Positions 38,978-48,508 of a stretch of DNA of 64,000 nt are shown in pieces (the stretch's first letter is position 1; each line of letters opens with the position of its first letter). Location of the stretch: the NCBI GenBank assembly GCA_041685825.1, contig JAWLFB010000002.1, positions 1,817 to 65,816 of the forward strand. Reading direction: 5' to 3'. The translations under genes were made by a program, and so were the position numbers. This DNA comes from Guyparkeria sp. (GTDB taxonomy: Bacteria > Pseudomonadota > Gammaproteobacteria > Halothiobacillales > Halothiobacillaceae). Below the pieces are notes generated by a model that did no database searches, was not told the origin of the DNA, and saw only the letters and a list, made by a program, of their open reading frames with translations.

Positions 38978-40486
38978 ATGTTCGAAGCCGCCGAACTGGG
39001 CCGCCGCCTCTCAAAGGCCGATTTCAAGGACGCCGTACCATCGTTGCGACTTCAACTGCTCGATGCCCAGCGCCGGGCGCGGGCCGCCAACCTCCCAGTG
39101 CTGCTGCTGATCAACGGCGTGGCCGGTGCCGGCAAGGGCGAGTTGGTCAACCACCTGCTCGAATGGCTGGATTCGCGCGGCGTGCAGACGCACGTCTTCT
39201 GGGACGAGACCGACGAGGAAAAGCAGCGCCCGCGCTGGTGGCGCTACTGGCGGGCAATGCCGGGCGGCGGCGAGATCGGCGTGCTGTTCGGCGGCTGGTA
39301 TCAACACCTGATCGAGGATGCTCAGCACGGCCGCCTGAAGGAAGATGGTGTCAGCGGCGAGCTCGAACGCATCCGCGAGACCGAGCACATGCTGATCAAC
39401 GGCGGCGCGCTGCTGGTCAAGTTCTGGTTTCACCTGCCGGCTCGTGAGCAGGCCCGCCGGGTCAAGGAGCGCCGCAGGGATCCCCAGAGCCACTGGCACA
39501 TGGCACCGGAAACGGCCAAGGAGGCCAACCATTACGACAAGTTCATCAACATCGCCACCCGCGTGGTGCGCGAAACGGACACCGGCGAGGCGCCTTGGTT
39601 TCTGATCGAGGCTACCGACCCGCACTTCCGCGACCTGACAGCCGGCAAGACCCTGCTGCGCGCCATCGACACCCGCCTCGCCAACGGGACTGGGCAAAAC
39701 CCCGTCAAGGTCTCGCATGCGCCGGCCCTGCCCGCGGCCGAAAGCGCCCGGCGCACCATCGTCGACCACGTCCCCGACGACCGAGTGTTGGACAAGGCCG
39801 ACTACAAGCATCGCAAGCAGTCGCTCGACGCCCAACTCAACCGCCTCGGCTGGCAGGGCTTCGAGACACGCCGGCCGGTCGTCGTCGTTTTCGAGGGCTG
39901 GGATGCCGCCGGCAAGGGCGGGGCCATCCGACGCCTGACCGAGGCACTCGACGCGCGTCTCTACCGCGTGATCCCCATCGCCGCGCCCACCGACGAGGAA
40001 GCCGACCACCACTACCTGTGGCGCTTCTGGCGTCAGGTGCCGCGCGACGGCTACTGGAGCATCTTCGACCGCTCCTGGTACGGGCGGGTGTTGGTCGAGC
40101 GGGTCGAGGGCTTCGCCCCGCAACCCGACTGGGCCCGCGCCTACCACGAGATCAACACCTTCGAGGAACAGCTCGCCGACCACGGCGTGATCCTGCTCAA
40201 GTTCTGGCTCAACATCACTCCCCAGGAGCAGCTCAGGCGCTTCGAAGCACGCCAGCAGACGCCCTACAAGAAGCACAAGATCACCGCCGATGACTGGCGC
40301 AATCGCGACAAGTGGGACAACTACAAGGCCGCGGTGAACGAAATGGTGATCCGCACCTCAACAGAGTACGCCCCTTGGCACATCATCCCGGCGAACGACA
40401 AGCGCTACGCGCGAATCGAGGTGATGCGAATCGCGGCCGAGACGGTGAAGAAAGCCGGCAAGCGTGACTGCTCCGACAACGGCTGA
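38978..40486 (+). CDS. pap: polyphosphate:AMP phosphotransferase (two-domain PPK2, class II)
   Basis: MFEAAELG; two PPK2 domains (GVAGAGKG; EGWDAAGKGG, DRSWYGRVLVERVEG). Confidence 0.92.
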   Translation: MFEAAELGRRLSKADFKDAVPSLRLQLLDAQRRARAANLPVLLLINGVAGAGKGELVNHLLEWLDSRGVQTHVFWDETDEEKQRPRWWRYWRAMPGGGEIGVLFGGWYQHLIEDAQHGRLKEDGVSGELERIRETEHMLINGGALLVKFWFHLPAREQARRVKERRRDPQSHWHMAPETAKEANHYDKFINIATRVVRETDTGEAPWFLIEATDPHFRDLTAGKTLLRAIDTRLANGTGQNPVKVSHAPALPAAESARRTIVDHVPDDRVLDKADYKHRKQSLDAQLNRLGWQGFETRRPVVVVFEGWDAAGKGGAIRRLTEALDARLYRVIPIAAPTDEEADHHYLWRFWRQVPRDGYWSIFDRSWYGRVLVERVEGFAPQPDWARAYHEINTFEEQLADHGVILLKFWLNITPQEQLRRFEARQQTPYKKHKITADDWRNRDKWDNYKAAVNEMVIRTSTEYAPWHIIPANDKRYARIEVMRIAAETVKKAGKRDCSDNG

Positions 40487-40534
40487 GCGGCCCCACGATA
40501 GCTGCGATAATGGCACGACAGCGCAGAAGACGCC

Positions 40535-41761
40535 GTGAAATTCAGCCACCACCTGCACGAGACGCACGGTCGGCAGATCGGCGTGATCACCGCCGCCTTC
40601 GGCATCTTGCTCGCCGGCATGGTTCTGGTGGTGGCCAACGGCATGTGGCAGAACCACCGGCTGCAGGTCGAACTGAAACGCGTCACCCAGGATCTCGGCC
40701 AGCGCCTGCAAATCGCCAGCGACCTGCTCGCGGCCGCCTACAACCGCCACCAGACCATGATCAGCCAGCTGCTAACCAACGACCCTTTCGAGCGGGACGC
40801 GCTGATGATGGATTACCACAAGTGGGGCAACCGGGTCGGCGAGGCACGCAATGCCCTGCGCGAACGCCTTGACGACGAGCGCAGCCTCAAACTGATCGAG
40901 CGCCAGGACAAACTGATCCCGCGCACCGTCGAACTCCAGGACCGCGTGGTGGAGCTGGCTGCCCGGGACGAACTCGAACCGGCCATGCGCATCGTGCGCA
41001 ACGAGCTGTTCGACCTCGACCGCCAGTTCGACCGCGTTATCTAGGAATTGCGCCGCCACGAGCAGGTGATCACGCAGGCGGCCATTGATCGTGCCCGCGA
41101 GACTGCCGAGACCGCCCGCCAGTTCATGCTCTGTTTCGGCCTCGTTGGCATCCTGTTCGCGGCCATCCTGATGGTCTCCACCTGGCGGACCTTCCGCCAT
41201 CTGCAGCACGAACTGCACGAGCAGGCCGAGCAACTGGACCAGGCCAGCGAACGCCTGCGCTTCGAGGCCAGTCACGACGCGCTGACCGGCCTTCTCAACC
41301 GGCGCGCGTTCTACGAGCAGGCCGACCACGCCATCGACGGTGACCGCCCCTTCGTGCTGGCCTACATCGACCTCGACAGCTTCAAGCCGGTCAATGACGA
41401 ATACGGCCACGCCATTGGCGACAACGTCCTCACCCGAGTAGGCGAACGGCTGCAGGGCCTCGCCGGAGCAACCGGCATCATCGCGCGGCTCGGCGGCGAC
41501 GAGTTCTGCCTGTTCGTACCCGACGACCGGGCACTACCCGAGCGCGAGGCCGCACTTAGGGCCGAACTCGAGCACCCGCTGACCATCGACGGCCACCCGA
41601 TCGCGCCACGCCTGAGTATCGGCTGGGCACGTTGCCCGGCCGAAGGCACCGACCTAGACGAGTTGATCAACCGCGCCAACGGCCGCATGTACCGACAGAA
41701 GGGCGAGCGACGCCGCGGACCTGCAGACCGGCGGGAATCCCCATCGACCGACGGGAACTGA
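40535..41761 (+). pseudogene. membrane diguanylate cyclase interrupted by in-frame TAG (41042-41044)
   Basis: TM + helical periplasmic segment, TAG, then same frame continues: TM2, DALTGLLNRR, DLDSFKPVND.YGH..GD, ARLGGDEF. Confidence 0.8.
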
Positions 41762-41770
41762 AGCGTCGGA

Positions 41771-43141
41771 TCAGCCGGTCGGGGCGGCGTGGATCCAGGC
41801 GGTGGCGATGCCGAAGTAGATTAGGATCCCGCCGATGTCGGCAATCGAGGTGATCAGCGGGGCCGAGGCAGTCGCCGGGTCGAGGCGAAAGCGGGTCAGC
41901 AGGAACGGCAGCAACATCCCCACCATGCTGCCGAAGATAACCACCGCGATCATCGACAGGAACACCACGTTGGCCAGCATGGTGCCGCCGTAGAACAAGC
42001 CGATGCCCCAGGCCGCTGTCGCCATCGTCACGCCCAAGGCGCTGGCCACGCCCAACTCGCGGACCCACAGCTTGAGCCAGTCCTTGGGGCCGACATCACC
42101 GGTGGCTAAGGCACGCACCATCATGGTCGCCCCCTGCGAGCCGGCGTTGCCGCCCGAGCCGATGATCAACGGCAGGAAGAAGCTCAGCACCACCGCTGCC
42201 TCCAGCGTCTCCTCGAAGACCGAGACCGCGCCGGCGGCAAAGATGGCCAGGAACACCAGCATTAACAGCCAGCCGATACGCTTCTTGAACAACTCGAGCA
42301 TGGAGGCCCCGCGCAGACTTAGATGCTGCGCGCCCAGACCACCAAGCTTGTGGATGTCCTCGGTGGCCTCCTCCTCGACCACGTCCATGACGTCATCGAT
42401 GGTGACCATCCCCATCAACACGCCGCCGTCGTCGACCACCGGCAGGGCAGTCAGATCGTAGTGCTGGATCAGGCGGGCTGCCTGCTCGCGATCCTCGGAG
42501 ACGACGATACTGACCGGCTTGTCTTCGAGCAGGGATTCGACCTTCGCCGCCGGGTCGCCAAGCACCAGCGCGCGCAGTCCGGTCCAGCCGAGCAGCCGGC
42601 CACCCTCGTCGGTGATGAACAGAACATCAACCGTCTCACTGCGCCCGGCGTGCCGCTGCACGTGACGGAGCGCATGCGACAGCGTCCACCCGGGCTCCAG
42701 CGCGATAAACTCCGGCGTCATCAGTCGACCGGCGCTCTCCAGCGGATAACCGAGAAGGCGCCGCGCCTGCTGCACCCTTTGCGGGCTCAAGCGGCGCGCC
42801 ACCGCGTCGCCCGCCTCCTGGGAGAGGTCCTCGAGCAGTGCGGTCAGGTTGTCCGGACGCAGGTCATCCAGCACCGCGCGCGCGGTCGCCTCGTCGAGCG
42901 CGTCCAGCAGCGCGTACTGCACGTCGGGTTCGATGAAACCGAACACCCCGGCGCGGCGCTCGCCCGGCAGGATCTCCAGCACCCGTGCCATCCCCTCGGT
43001 CGACAACGCTTTCAGCGCCCGGGCGATGTCCTGGTCGCGGACCGCGGCGAGGTCGTCGCACAGCGCTCCGGTCTCGATCTCGTCACGTTCGAAACGGGCG
43101 AGGAGGCCCGCGAGCTGGTCGATGGTTGATGTGGGGATCAT
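41771..43141 (-). CDS. mgtE: magnesium transporter MgtE
   Basis: ESAGRLMT, CBS pair, GSGGNAGSQ, DPATASAPLITSIAD. Confidence 0.95.
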   Translation of the reverse strand: MIPTSTIDQLAGLLARFERDEIETGALCDDLAAVRDQDIARALKALSTEGMARVLEILPGERRAGVFGFIEPDVQYALLDALDEATARAVLDDLRPDNLTALLEDLSQEAGDAVARRLSPQRVQQARRLLGYPLESAGRLMTPEFIALEPGWTLSHALRHVQRHAGRSETVDVLFITDEGGRLLGWTGLRALVLGDPAAKVESLLEDKPVSIVVSEDREQAARLIQHYDLTALPVVDDGGVLMGMVTIDDVMDVVEEEATEDIHKLGGLGAQHLSLRGASMLELFKKRIGWLLMLVFLAIFAAGAVSVFEETLEAAVVLSFFLPLIIGSGGNAGSQGATMMVRALATGDVGPKDWLKLWVRELGVASALGVTMATAAWGIGLFYGGTMLANVVFLSMIAVVIFGSMVGMLLPFLLTRFRLDPATASAPLITSIADIGGILIYFGIATAWIHAAPTG

Positions 43142-43178
43142 CCGGGTAACTGCCTGCGTGAGTCCGTTTCGAGTGGCG

Positions 43179-43427
43179 TCAGGGGAATATTACCGCGAAC
43201 GGCGACTTGCGCGGCGCCCCGTGGGAGCGGACCTTGCCCGCCAAGGCCGATGGGCCGTCCTGCCGACAGGATGACATGGCTGTTTGAAGGGGGCGGCGTG
43301 TCGGTTGTATCGGACGGGGACGCTGTGAAGCGGGTCGAGCGGGTTTAACGCCTGTTAGTCCATGTAGCACGGAGTTGCCTCGTGATGGCCGCACGAGGGC
43401 CTTTTCTTGCTTGACCAAGAAAGGCCC
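43179..43427 (-). promoter_or_regulatory. candidate mgtE regulatory leader: overlapping hairpins plus Pro/Arg-rich uORF (43370-43179)
   Basis: Hairpins 43397-43427 and 43378-43398; the second pairs the GAGG SD of a GTG-started 63-aa ORF with 10 Pro. Confidence 0.4.
43221..43244 (+). repeat. REP-like element
   Basis: GTGGGAGCGGACCTTGCCCGCCAA resembles GTGGGAGCGGGCTTGCCCGCGAA-type REPs. Confidence 0.5.
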
Positions 43428-43462
43428 GAAAAGAAGGACACCCCACGGCTTGGCCCTGACAG

Positions 43463-44530
43463 CTAGGCCCGCCGCAAGTAAGCCGTCACCTCGTCGCGGT
43501 CGTGATACAACTGCCGAATCGACATCTCGAACGGAACCTCGGCGGCAAACAATCGATCCTCGATCAACTCCCGGCAGTCAGTCACCGCCTGCTGGCGCTT
43601 CTTCATCGGTAGCTTGAGATTGAAGATCGACCGGCGGCAATCGCCGCGCGCCATCCACTCGGCCATCAGCGCCGCCACCCGGATCGGCTTTTCCACCATG
43701 TCGCAGACCAGCCACTCCACCGGTCGCTCGGGGCGGAAGGTGAACCCGTCCTCGCGGCGGTGCTCCACCTGGTGGGAGGCGGCCAGCTCTTCCGCCATCG
43801 GGCCGTTGTCGACGGCCGTGACCATCAGCCCGTAGCGCACCATTTGCCAGGTCCAGCCACCGGGCGCGGCACCCAGGTCGGCCGCCTCCAGGCCGACACG
43901 CAACAACTCTTGGCGCTCGTCGGGCGAGAGGAAGGTGATCAGCGCCTCCTCGAGCTTGAGCGCCGAGCGGCTGGGCGCGTGCTTGGAGAGTTTCAGGCGC
44001 GGGATGCCCATCGGTCTCGGCGCCGCCTGTCCCGGGTGCGACAAGCCGGGAATCACGGTGGTGGAATCGGTGAACGTCAGGTGAAGTTGGGGCAGTTCCC
44101 GGTTTCCCGGCTCGAGCAGCCCGCGCTTGCGCATCGACTGCTCCAGCGGCTTGGTGAACTGGCGGGCCAGCCGCATCAGCGGCCGGGTGGCCTGGGCGTC
44201 CGGCGTCTCGACAACAACGCCGCCGAACGCCTGCCCTTCGAGCGCCGCGAGGATCGGACTCAGCCGGTTGTCCGGCGGCAGGTCGGCCAATGGCTCGCCG
44301 GCCAGACACATCTGCCGCGCGAAAATCAGCTCATCGAGGGAAAGCGTCTCGAACCAGTCGGCCATCGCGTGCGCGTCATGGGCGATGAAGGTAAGATAGC
44401 CGGTATCGGACCTGGCCTTGCAGTAGCCGTGCACGCGCGCCTCGGCGGCGACGGCCTGCACCAGGGCGGCGCAGTCGCCTTCGTATCCGGCGCGGGTGAG
44501 AAGAAGCAGTTGTCGGTTGGTATCCATCAT
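43463..44530 (-). CDS. rlmM: 23S rRNA C2498 2'-O-methyltransferase
   Basis: RAGYE, LIFARQ, APSRSALKLEEA, DLGAAPGGWT, CDMVEKP, FNLKLPMK, QLYHDRDEVT. Confidence 0.95.
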   Translation of the reverse strand: MMDTNRQLLLLTRAGYEGDCAALVQAVAAEARVHGYCKARSDTGYLTFIAHDAHAMADWFETLSLDELIFARQMCLAGEPLADLPPDNRLSPILAALEGQAFGGVVVETPDAQATRPLMRLARQFTKPLEQSMRKRGLLEPGNRELPQLHLTFTDSTTVIPGLSHPGQAAPRPMGIPRLKLSKHAPSRSALKLEEALITFLSPDERQELLRVGLEAADLGAAPGGWTWQMVRYGLMVTAVDNGPMAEELAASHQVEHRREDGFTFRPERPVEWLVCDMVEKPIRVAALMAEWMARGDCRRSIFNLKLPMKKRQQAVTDCRELIEDRLFAAEVPFEMSIRQLYHDRDEVTAYLRRA

Positions 44531-44573
44531 CGCGAGAGGATGCCTCAGCGCGCGCAGAGATGCCATGACGCAT

Positions 44574-44611
44574 AAAAGCCGCAGCGACCACCCGGTCTGC
44601 CTGCGGCTTTT
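44574..44611. terminator. bidirectional terminator-like hairpin
   Basis: AAAAGCCGCAG-N16-CTGCGGCTTTT. Confidence 0.7.
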
Positions 44612-44682
44612 CTGTGTTAGCCCCGGTGGAACCGGGGTCGGTAACGGCATTTATTTGTGGCGAATGTCCTGCAGCGCCTCGT

Positions 44683-44802
44683 TCATCTTGCGCCAGCATG
44701 ATCCAGACCTCCCAGAGCGCCGAACTGAGGAAGCATTCGGCGGTGGGTCTCCACGACCTGTTCGTAACGTAGCCGGCTGGTTACGGCTTTCCCTGTTGAC
44801 AT
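44683..44802 (-). pseudogene. possible N-terminal remnant of a Doc/Fic toxin
   Basis: LRYEQVVETHRRMLPQFGALGGL resembles the Doc N-terminal pattern L..EQV..H....FG..G; no Fic catalytic motif. Confidence 0.35.
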
Positions 44803-44836
44803 CCTCCTCGCCCTGATGATCGAGGAGGATGTCAAC
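44795..44836. repeat. perfect 16-bp inverted repeat
   Basis: GTTGACATCCTCCTCG-N10-CGAGGAGGATGTCAAC. Confidence 0.9.
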
Positions 44837-44884
44837 TCGCTTGGCGGCGTGCTTCTGTCGTGATCAAGCGTTGATGCAAGATAC

Positions 44885-45169
44885 TCACGCGGTGGCGACA
44901 GCCTCTTCGCCATGCCGAGCCTGCCACAGGTCATACTTGAGTTGCATGCCGGCCCATATCTCGGCACGTCCTCCATGCTCGACGCCCAACCAGGCCTCGA
45001 TGCGCAGCGCCATCTGCGGCGAGATGCACGCATGCCCATTGAGCCCGCGTGAGAGTGCCGCGCGCGTCACTCCCAGCTGCCGCGCCGCCTCCGTGACCGA
45101 CAGCCCCAGGGCCGGCAGCACATCCTCGCGCAGGGTCTGGCCGGGGTGTGGCGGGTGGTGCATCTCCAT
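44885..45169 (-). CDS. higA: HigA-family (Xre HTH) antitoxin, orphan
   Basis: MHHPPHPG..LREDVL..LGLSVTEAARQLGVTR..LSR..NG...IS..MALR..W..MQ..YDLWQA; SD GAGGAGG. Confidence 0.92.
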   Translation of the reverse strand: MEMHHPPHPGQTLREDVLPALGLSVTEAARQLGVTRAALSRGLNGHACISPQMALRIEAWLGVEHGGRAEIWAGMQLKYDLWQARHGEEAVATA

Positions 45170-45180
45170 CGTCTGCCTCC

Positions 45181-45222
45181 TCATTGGTAATCCTGATAAT
45201 CGACCAGGATCGCGTCACTGCC
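45181..45222 (-). pseudogene. higB: C-terminal remnant of HigB toxin
   Basis: [13 protein letters not shown] matches the typical HigB end (DA.LVDY.DYH*); immediately upstream of higA and overlapping the trpE stop. Confidence 0.75.
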
Positions 45223-46732
45223 AGGGTCCAGAATCCAACCCCCGACTCGCCATATTCGCCGCCCGGAACAACGCCCGACGCTTGTTGAGCGTCTCCTCCC
45301 ACTCCGTCGCAGGCACGGAATCAGCGACGATGCCGCCACCGGCCTGAACATGCAGCTGGCCGTCCTTGATCACCCCGGTACGAATCGCAATCGCGGTATC
45401 CATATTGCCGTTCCAGGCCCAGTACCCCACCGCCCCGGCATAGACACCCCGCTTGACGGGCTCAAGCTCCTGGATGATCTCCAGCGCGCGTATCTTCGGT
45501 GCACCCGAGACGGTGCCGGCGGGGAAGGTCGCGCGCAGAACGTCCATGGCGTTGAGATCGTCGTCGAGTTCGCCGGCGACCTGGGAGACGATGTGCATGA
45601 CGTGCGAGTAGCGCTCGATGATCATGCGCTCCTCGAGCTTCACGCTACCCACCTGGGCAACGCGGCCGGTATCGTTACGGCCCAGGTCGATCAGCATGAC
45701 GTGTTCGGCGATCTCCTTGGGGTCGCTCAAGAGATCCTGCTCGAGGGCCTTGTCCTCGGCCTCAGTGGCGCCGCGCGGGCGGGTGCCGGCGATGGGACGG
45801 ACGGTGACCGTGCCGTCCTCCAGACGGGCGAGGATCTCGGGGCTCGAGCCCACCACGGTGAACTCGCCGGCATCGATGAAGTACATGTAGGGCGAAGGGT
45901 TGATGGTGCGCAGCGCGCGGTAGAGGTCGATCGGCTCCGCGCCGAACTCGATACTCATCCGCTGGCTGGGCACCACCTGCATGACGTCGCCTGCCGCGAT
46001 GTACTCGCGGATGGAGCGCACGGCGTTTTCATAGCCTTCCCGGGTGAAGGTGGCGGTGAAGTCATTCTCGTCGATCGGCTTGTCCGGGGCGCTTGATCCG
46101 TAGTTGACCACCGGCTCGCGCAGGCGGGTGGCCAGCGCGTCGAGACGCAGGTTGGCCAGATCGATCGCGCCGGGCTCTGAGGGGTCTATCAGGGTCACCA
46201 GCAGCAGTTCGCTGGAGAGGTTGTCGACAACGACCACTTCTTCGCTGGCCATCAGCAGGATGTCGGGCACGCCCAGCGGGTCGTCGGCGTCAAAGTTAGC
46301 CAGACGCGGCTCGATGTAGCCGACTGTCTCGAAGCCGAAGTAGCCCACCAGCCCGCCGTGAAAGCGCGGCATGTCGACCGGTTCGAAGACGCGGTAGCGA
46401 GCCTTGAAGGTCTCGATCCAGGCGAGCGGGTCCTCGACGGTTTCGTCCTCGACAATCTCCCCGTTCTTTTTCACCACCACGCGCTGGCCATGAACGGTCA
46501 GGACGGTGGAGGACGGCAAGCCGATGATCGAGTAGCGCCCCCAACGCTCACCGCCAGTGACCGACTCGAACAGGTAGCCGAACGGCCCTTCGACCAGCTT
46601 GCGGTACACGGACAATGGCGTGTCGTAGTCGCCCAGCACGCGGCGGGTGACGGGGACGCGGTTGTAGCCTTGGCCGGCGAGTCGTGCGAGGTCGTTACGG
46701 GTGGGCTGGTAGGGCTGGAAACGGTTGGGCAT
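45215..46732 (-). CDS. trpE: anthranilate synthase component I
   Basis: [61 protein letters not shown]. Confidence 0.96.
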   Translation of the reverse strand: MPNRFQPYQPTRNDLARLAGQGYNRVPVTRRVLGDYDTPLSVYRKLVEGPFGYLFESVTGGERWGRYSIIGLPSSTVLTVHGQRVVVKKNGEIVEDETVEDPLAWIETFKARYRVFEPVDMPRFHGGLVGYFGFETVGYIEPRLANFDADDPLGVPDILLMASEEVVVVDNLSSELLLVTLIDPSEPGAIDLANLRLDALATRLREPVVNYGSSAPDKPIDENDFTATFTREGYENAVRSIREYIAAGDVMQVVPSQRMSIEFGAEPIDLYRALRTINPSPYMYFIDAGEFTVVGSSPEILARLEDGTVTVRPIAGTRPRGATEAEDKALEQDLLSDPKEIAEHVMLIDLGRNDTGRVAQVGSVKLEERMIIERYSHVMHIVSQVAGELDDDLNAMDVLRATFPAGTVSGAPKIRALEIIQELEPVKRGVYAGAVGYWAWNGNMDTAIAIRTGVIKDGQLHVQAGGGIVADSVPATEWEETLNKRRALFRAANMASRGLDSGPWQ

Positions 46733-46777
46733 GAAGGGCTCCAGGGGGGTAAGCAAGGGACGGTGACAAGTGCGAAC

Positions 46778-46843
46778 TCAGCTACGCCATCGCGTCGTTA
46801 CTGTCGCCATGGTCGCCACAGCCACCTTCTCTGGGCCAGTCAT
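46778..46843 (-). promoter_or_regulatory. candidate trpE leader peptide region
   Basis: ATG uORF MTGPEKVAVATMATVTTRWRS* (46843-46778); overlapping Trp-rich frame LAQRRWLWRPWRQ* (46839-46798). Confidence 0.5.
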
Positions 46844-46848
46844 GGTGC

Positions 46849-47526
46849 CTACCTACCGACGAGACCGGCGAGCTCGGTCATGGAATCAATCACGACATCC
46901 GGGTCGAAATCCCGGATGTCACGTCCGTGGTTGTAGCCATAGCTCATGCAGATAATCGCGAAGCCCGCGGCGCGCGCCGCCTTTACGTCGGAAATCGAGT
47001 CGCCGATCATCAGCGCTTCGGACGGGTGAACGTGGAACCAGCCCGCCGAGTAGATCAGCGGGGCCGGGTCGGGTTTCTTCAGCGACAGGGTGTCACCGCT
47101 GATGACCACCTCGAAATGATCGCGCAGGCCGGTCTGCTCGAGCAGCGGCAAGGTGAACGCCTCGGCCTTGTTGGTGACACAACCAACGGACAGGCCCAGC
47201 GACTTGACGAATTCCAACCCCTGCAGCACGCCGCCGAAGACCTGCGAGTGCTGGCCGTTGTTCTCGGCGTAGTGACGCTTGAAAACCGGCAGGGCCTCGT
47301 CGAGCGTGGCCGGGTCGGGCGTGCCATCCAGGTCGTTGGTCAGCGCGCGCTCGACCAGCCGCTCCACGCCGTTGCCCACCCAGTTGCGGACGTCCTCTTC
47401 AGCGCGGTTGGGCTGGCCCAACTCACGCTGCATGGCGTTGACCGAAGCCAGCAGATCGGGCACCGAGTCGACCAGGGTGCCGTCCAGGTCAAACAGCACC
47501 ATGCGCGGCGTGAAGCGTGGCATCAC
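46849..47526 (-). CDS. gph: phosphoglycolate phosphatase
   Basis: [30 protein letters not shown]; lies between rpe and trpE. Confidence 0.94.
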   Translation of the reverse strand: MMPRFTPRMVLFDLDGTLVDSVPDLLASVNAMQRELGQPNRAEEDVRNWVGNGVERLVERALTNDLDGTPDPATLDEALPVFKRHYAENNGQHSQVFGGVLQGLEFVKSLGLSVGCVTNKAEAFTLPLLEQTGLRDHFEVVISGDTLSLKKPDPAPLIYSAGWFHVHPSEALMIGDSISDVKAARAAGFAIICMSYGYNHGRDIRDFDPDVVIDSMTELAGLVGR

Positions 47527-48212
47527 TTGACCTTGGCCAGCTCGGCGCGCATCTCCTTGATGACGCTGTCATAACCGTTGGGATCGGAATCTTGGCCCTT
47601 ACCGAACAACGCGGAGCCGGAGACGAAGGTGTCGACGCCGGCCGCGGCGATCTCGGCGATGTTGGCGCTGGAAACGCCACCGTCGATCTCAAGGCGGATG
47701 TCACGACCGGAGCGGTCGATGATCTCGCGAGCCTGGCGGGCCTTCTCGAGGGTCGCCGGAATGAACTTCTGGCCGCCGAAGCCCGGGTTGACGGACATCA
47801 GCAGGACGATGTCGACCTTGTCGATCACCCACTCCAGCACGTCCAGCGGTGTGCCCGGGTTGAAGACGAGACCGGACTGGCAGCCCTCGTCACGGACCAA
47901 CTGCAGGCTGCGGTCGACGTGCTCGGTGGCCTCCGGGTGGAAGGTGATCGAGGTGGCACCGGCCTTAGCGAAGTCCGGGATGATGCGATCGACCGGCTTG
48001 ACCATCAGGTGGACGTCGATCGGCGCGGTAACGCCATGCTTGCGCAACGCGTCGCAGACCAGCGGGCCGATGGTCAGGTTCGGCACGTAGTGGTTGTCCA
48101 TCACGTCGAAGTGCACCCAGTCGGCGCCGGACTTCAGGACGTTGTCCACTTCCTCGCCCAGGCGGGCAAAGTCGGCCGACAGGATACTCGGGGCAATGAT
48201 GTAGTCGCTCAT
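47523..48212 (-). CDS. rpe: ribulose-phosphate 3-epimerase
   Basis: [36 protein letters not shown]. Confidence 0.97.
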   Translation of the reverse strand: MSDYIIAPSILSADFARLGEEVDNVLKSGADWVHFDVMDNHYVPNLTIGPLVCDALRKHGVTAPIDVHLMVKPVDRIIPDFAKAGATSITFHPEATEHVDRSLQLVRDEGCQSGLVFNPGTPLDVLEWVIDKVDIVLLMSVNPGFGGQKFIPATLEKARQAREIIDRSGRDIRLEIDGGVSSANIAEIAAAGVDTFVSGSALFGKGQDSDPNGYDSVIKEMRAELAKVK

Positions 48213-48508
48213 CTCGCGGTCCTCGGATAACGGGAAAGATTCGGGGGAATTCGGTCGAGCAGCACCCGCCCCGGTCGCCGAAACCGGCATCGATCGAGCG
48301 GGCGCACGCGCGGAAACTGGCGGTTAATGTACCGGATTCGGCGCGATTTTTTAAGAACACGATGGTTGGGCCACCGGCCGCGAACCGCGTTTCGACCATG
48401 CAGCACGCGCCGCGCGCGGCCCCATTTTCTAGGCCGTGGCAGCGATGGTGGCGCAAATCGGCTAGACTTCTCCCACATTTCCTAGCAAAGCAACGATTCA
48501 ACACCACT

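Noticed and set aside
40511-40525. Sigma-54 promoter TGGCACG upstream of the diguanylate cyclase
   Set aside because: GG-to-GC spacing is 9, not the required 10
27585-41044. Amber recoding, because dprA and the diguanylate cyclase both have in-frame TAG followed by GA
   Set aside because: TAG terminates normal genes here (trkA, gph, rlmM, acyltransferase); dprA also has a frameshift; no recoding machinery seen
44616-44645. Integron attC site near the TA relics (GTTAGCC...GGTAAC hairpin)
   Set aside because: Core boxes are in the reverse order to attC, the site is too short, and no integrase or cassette array is present
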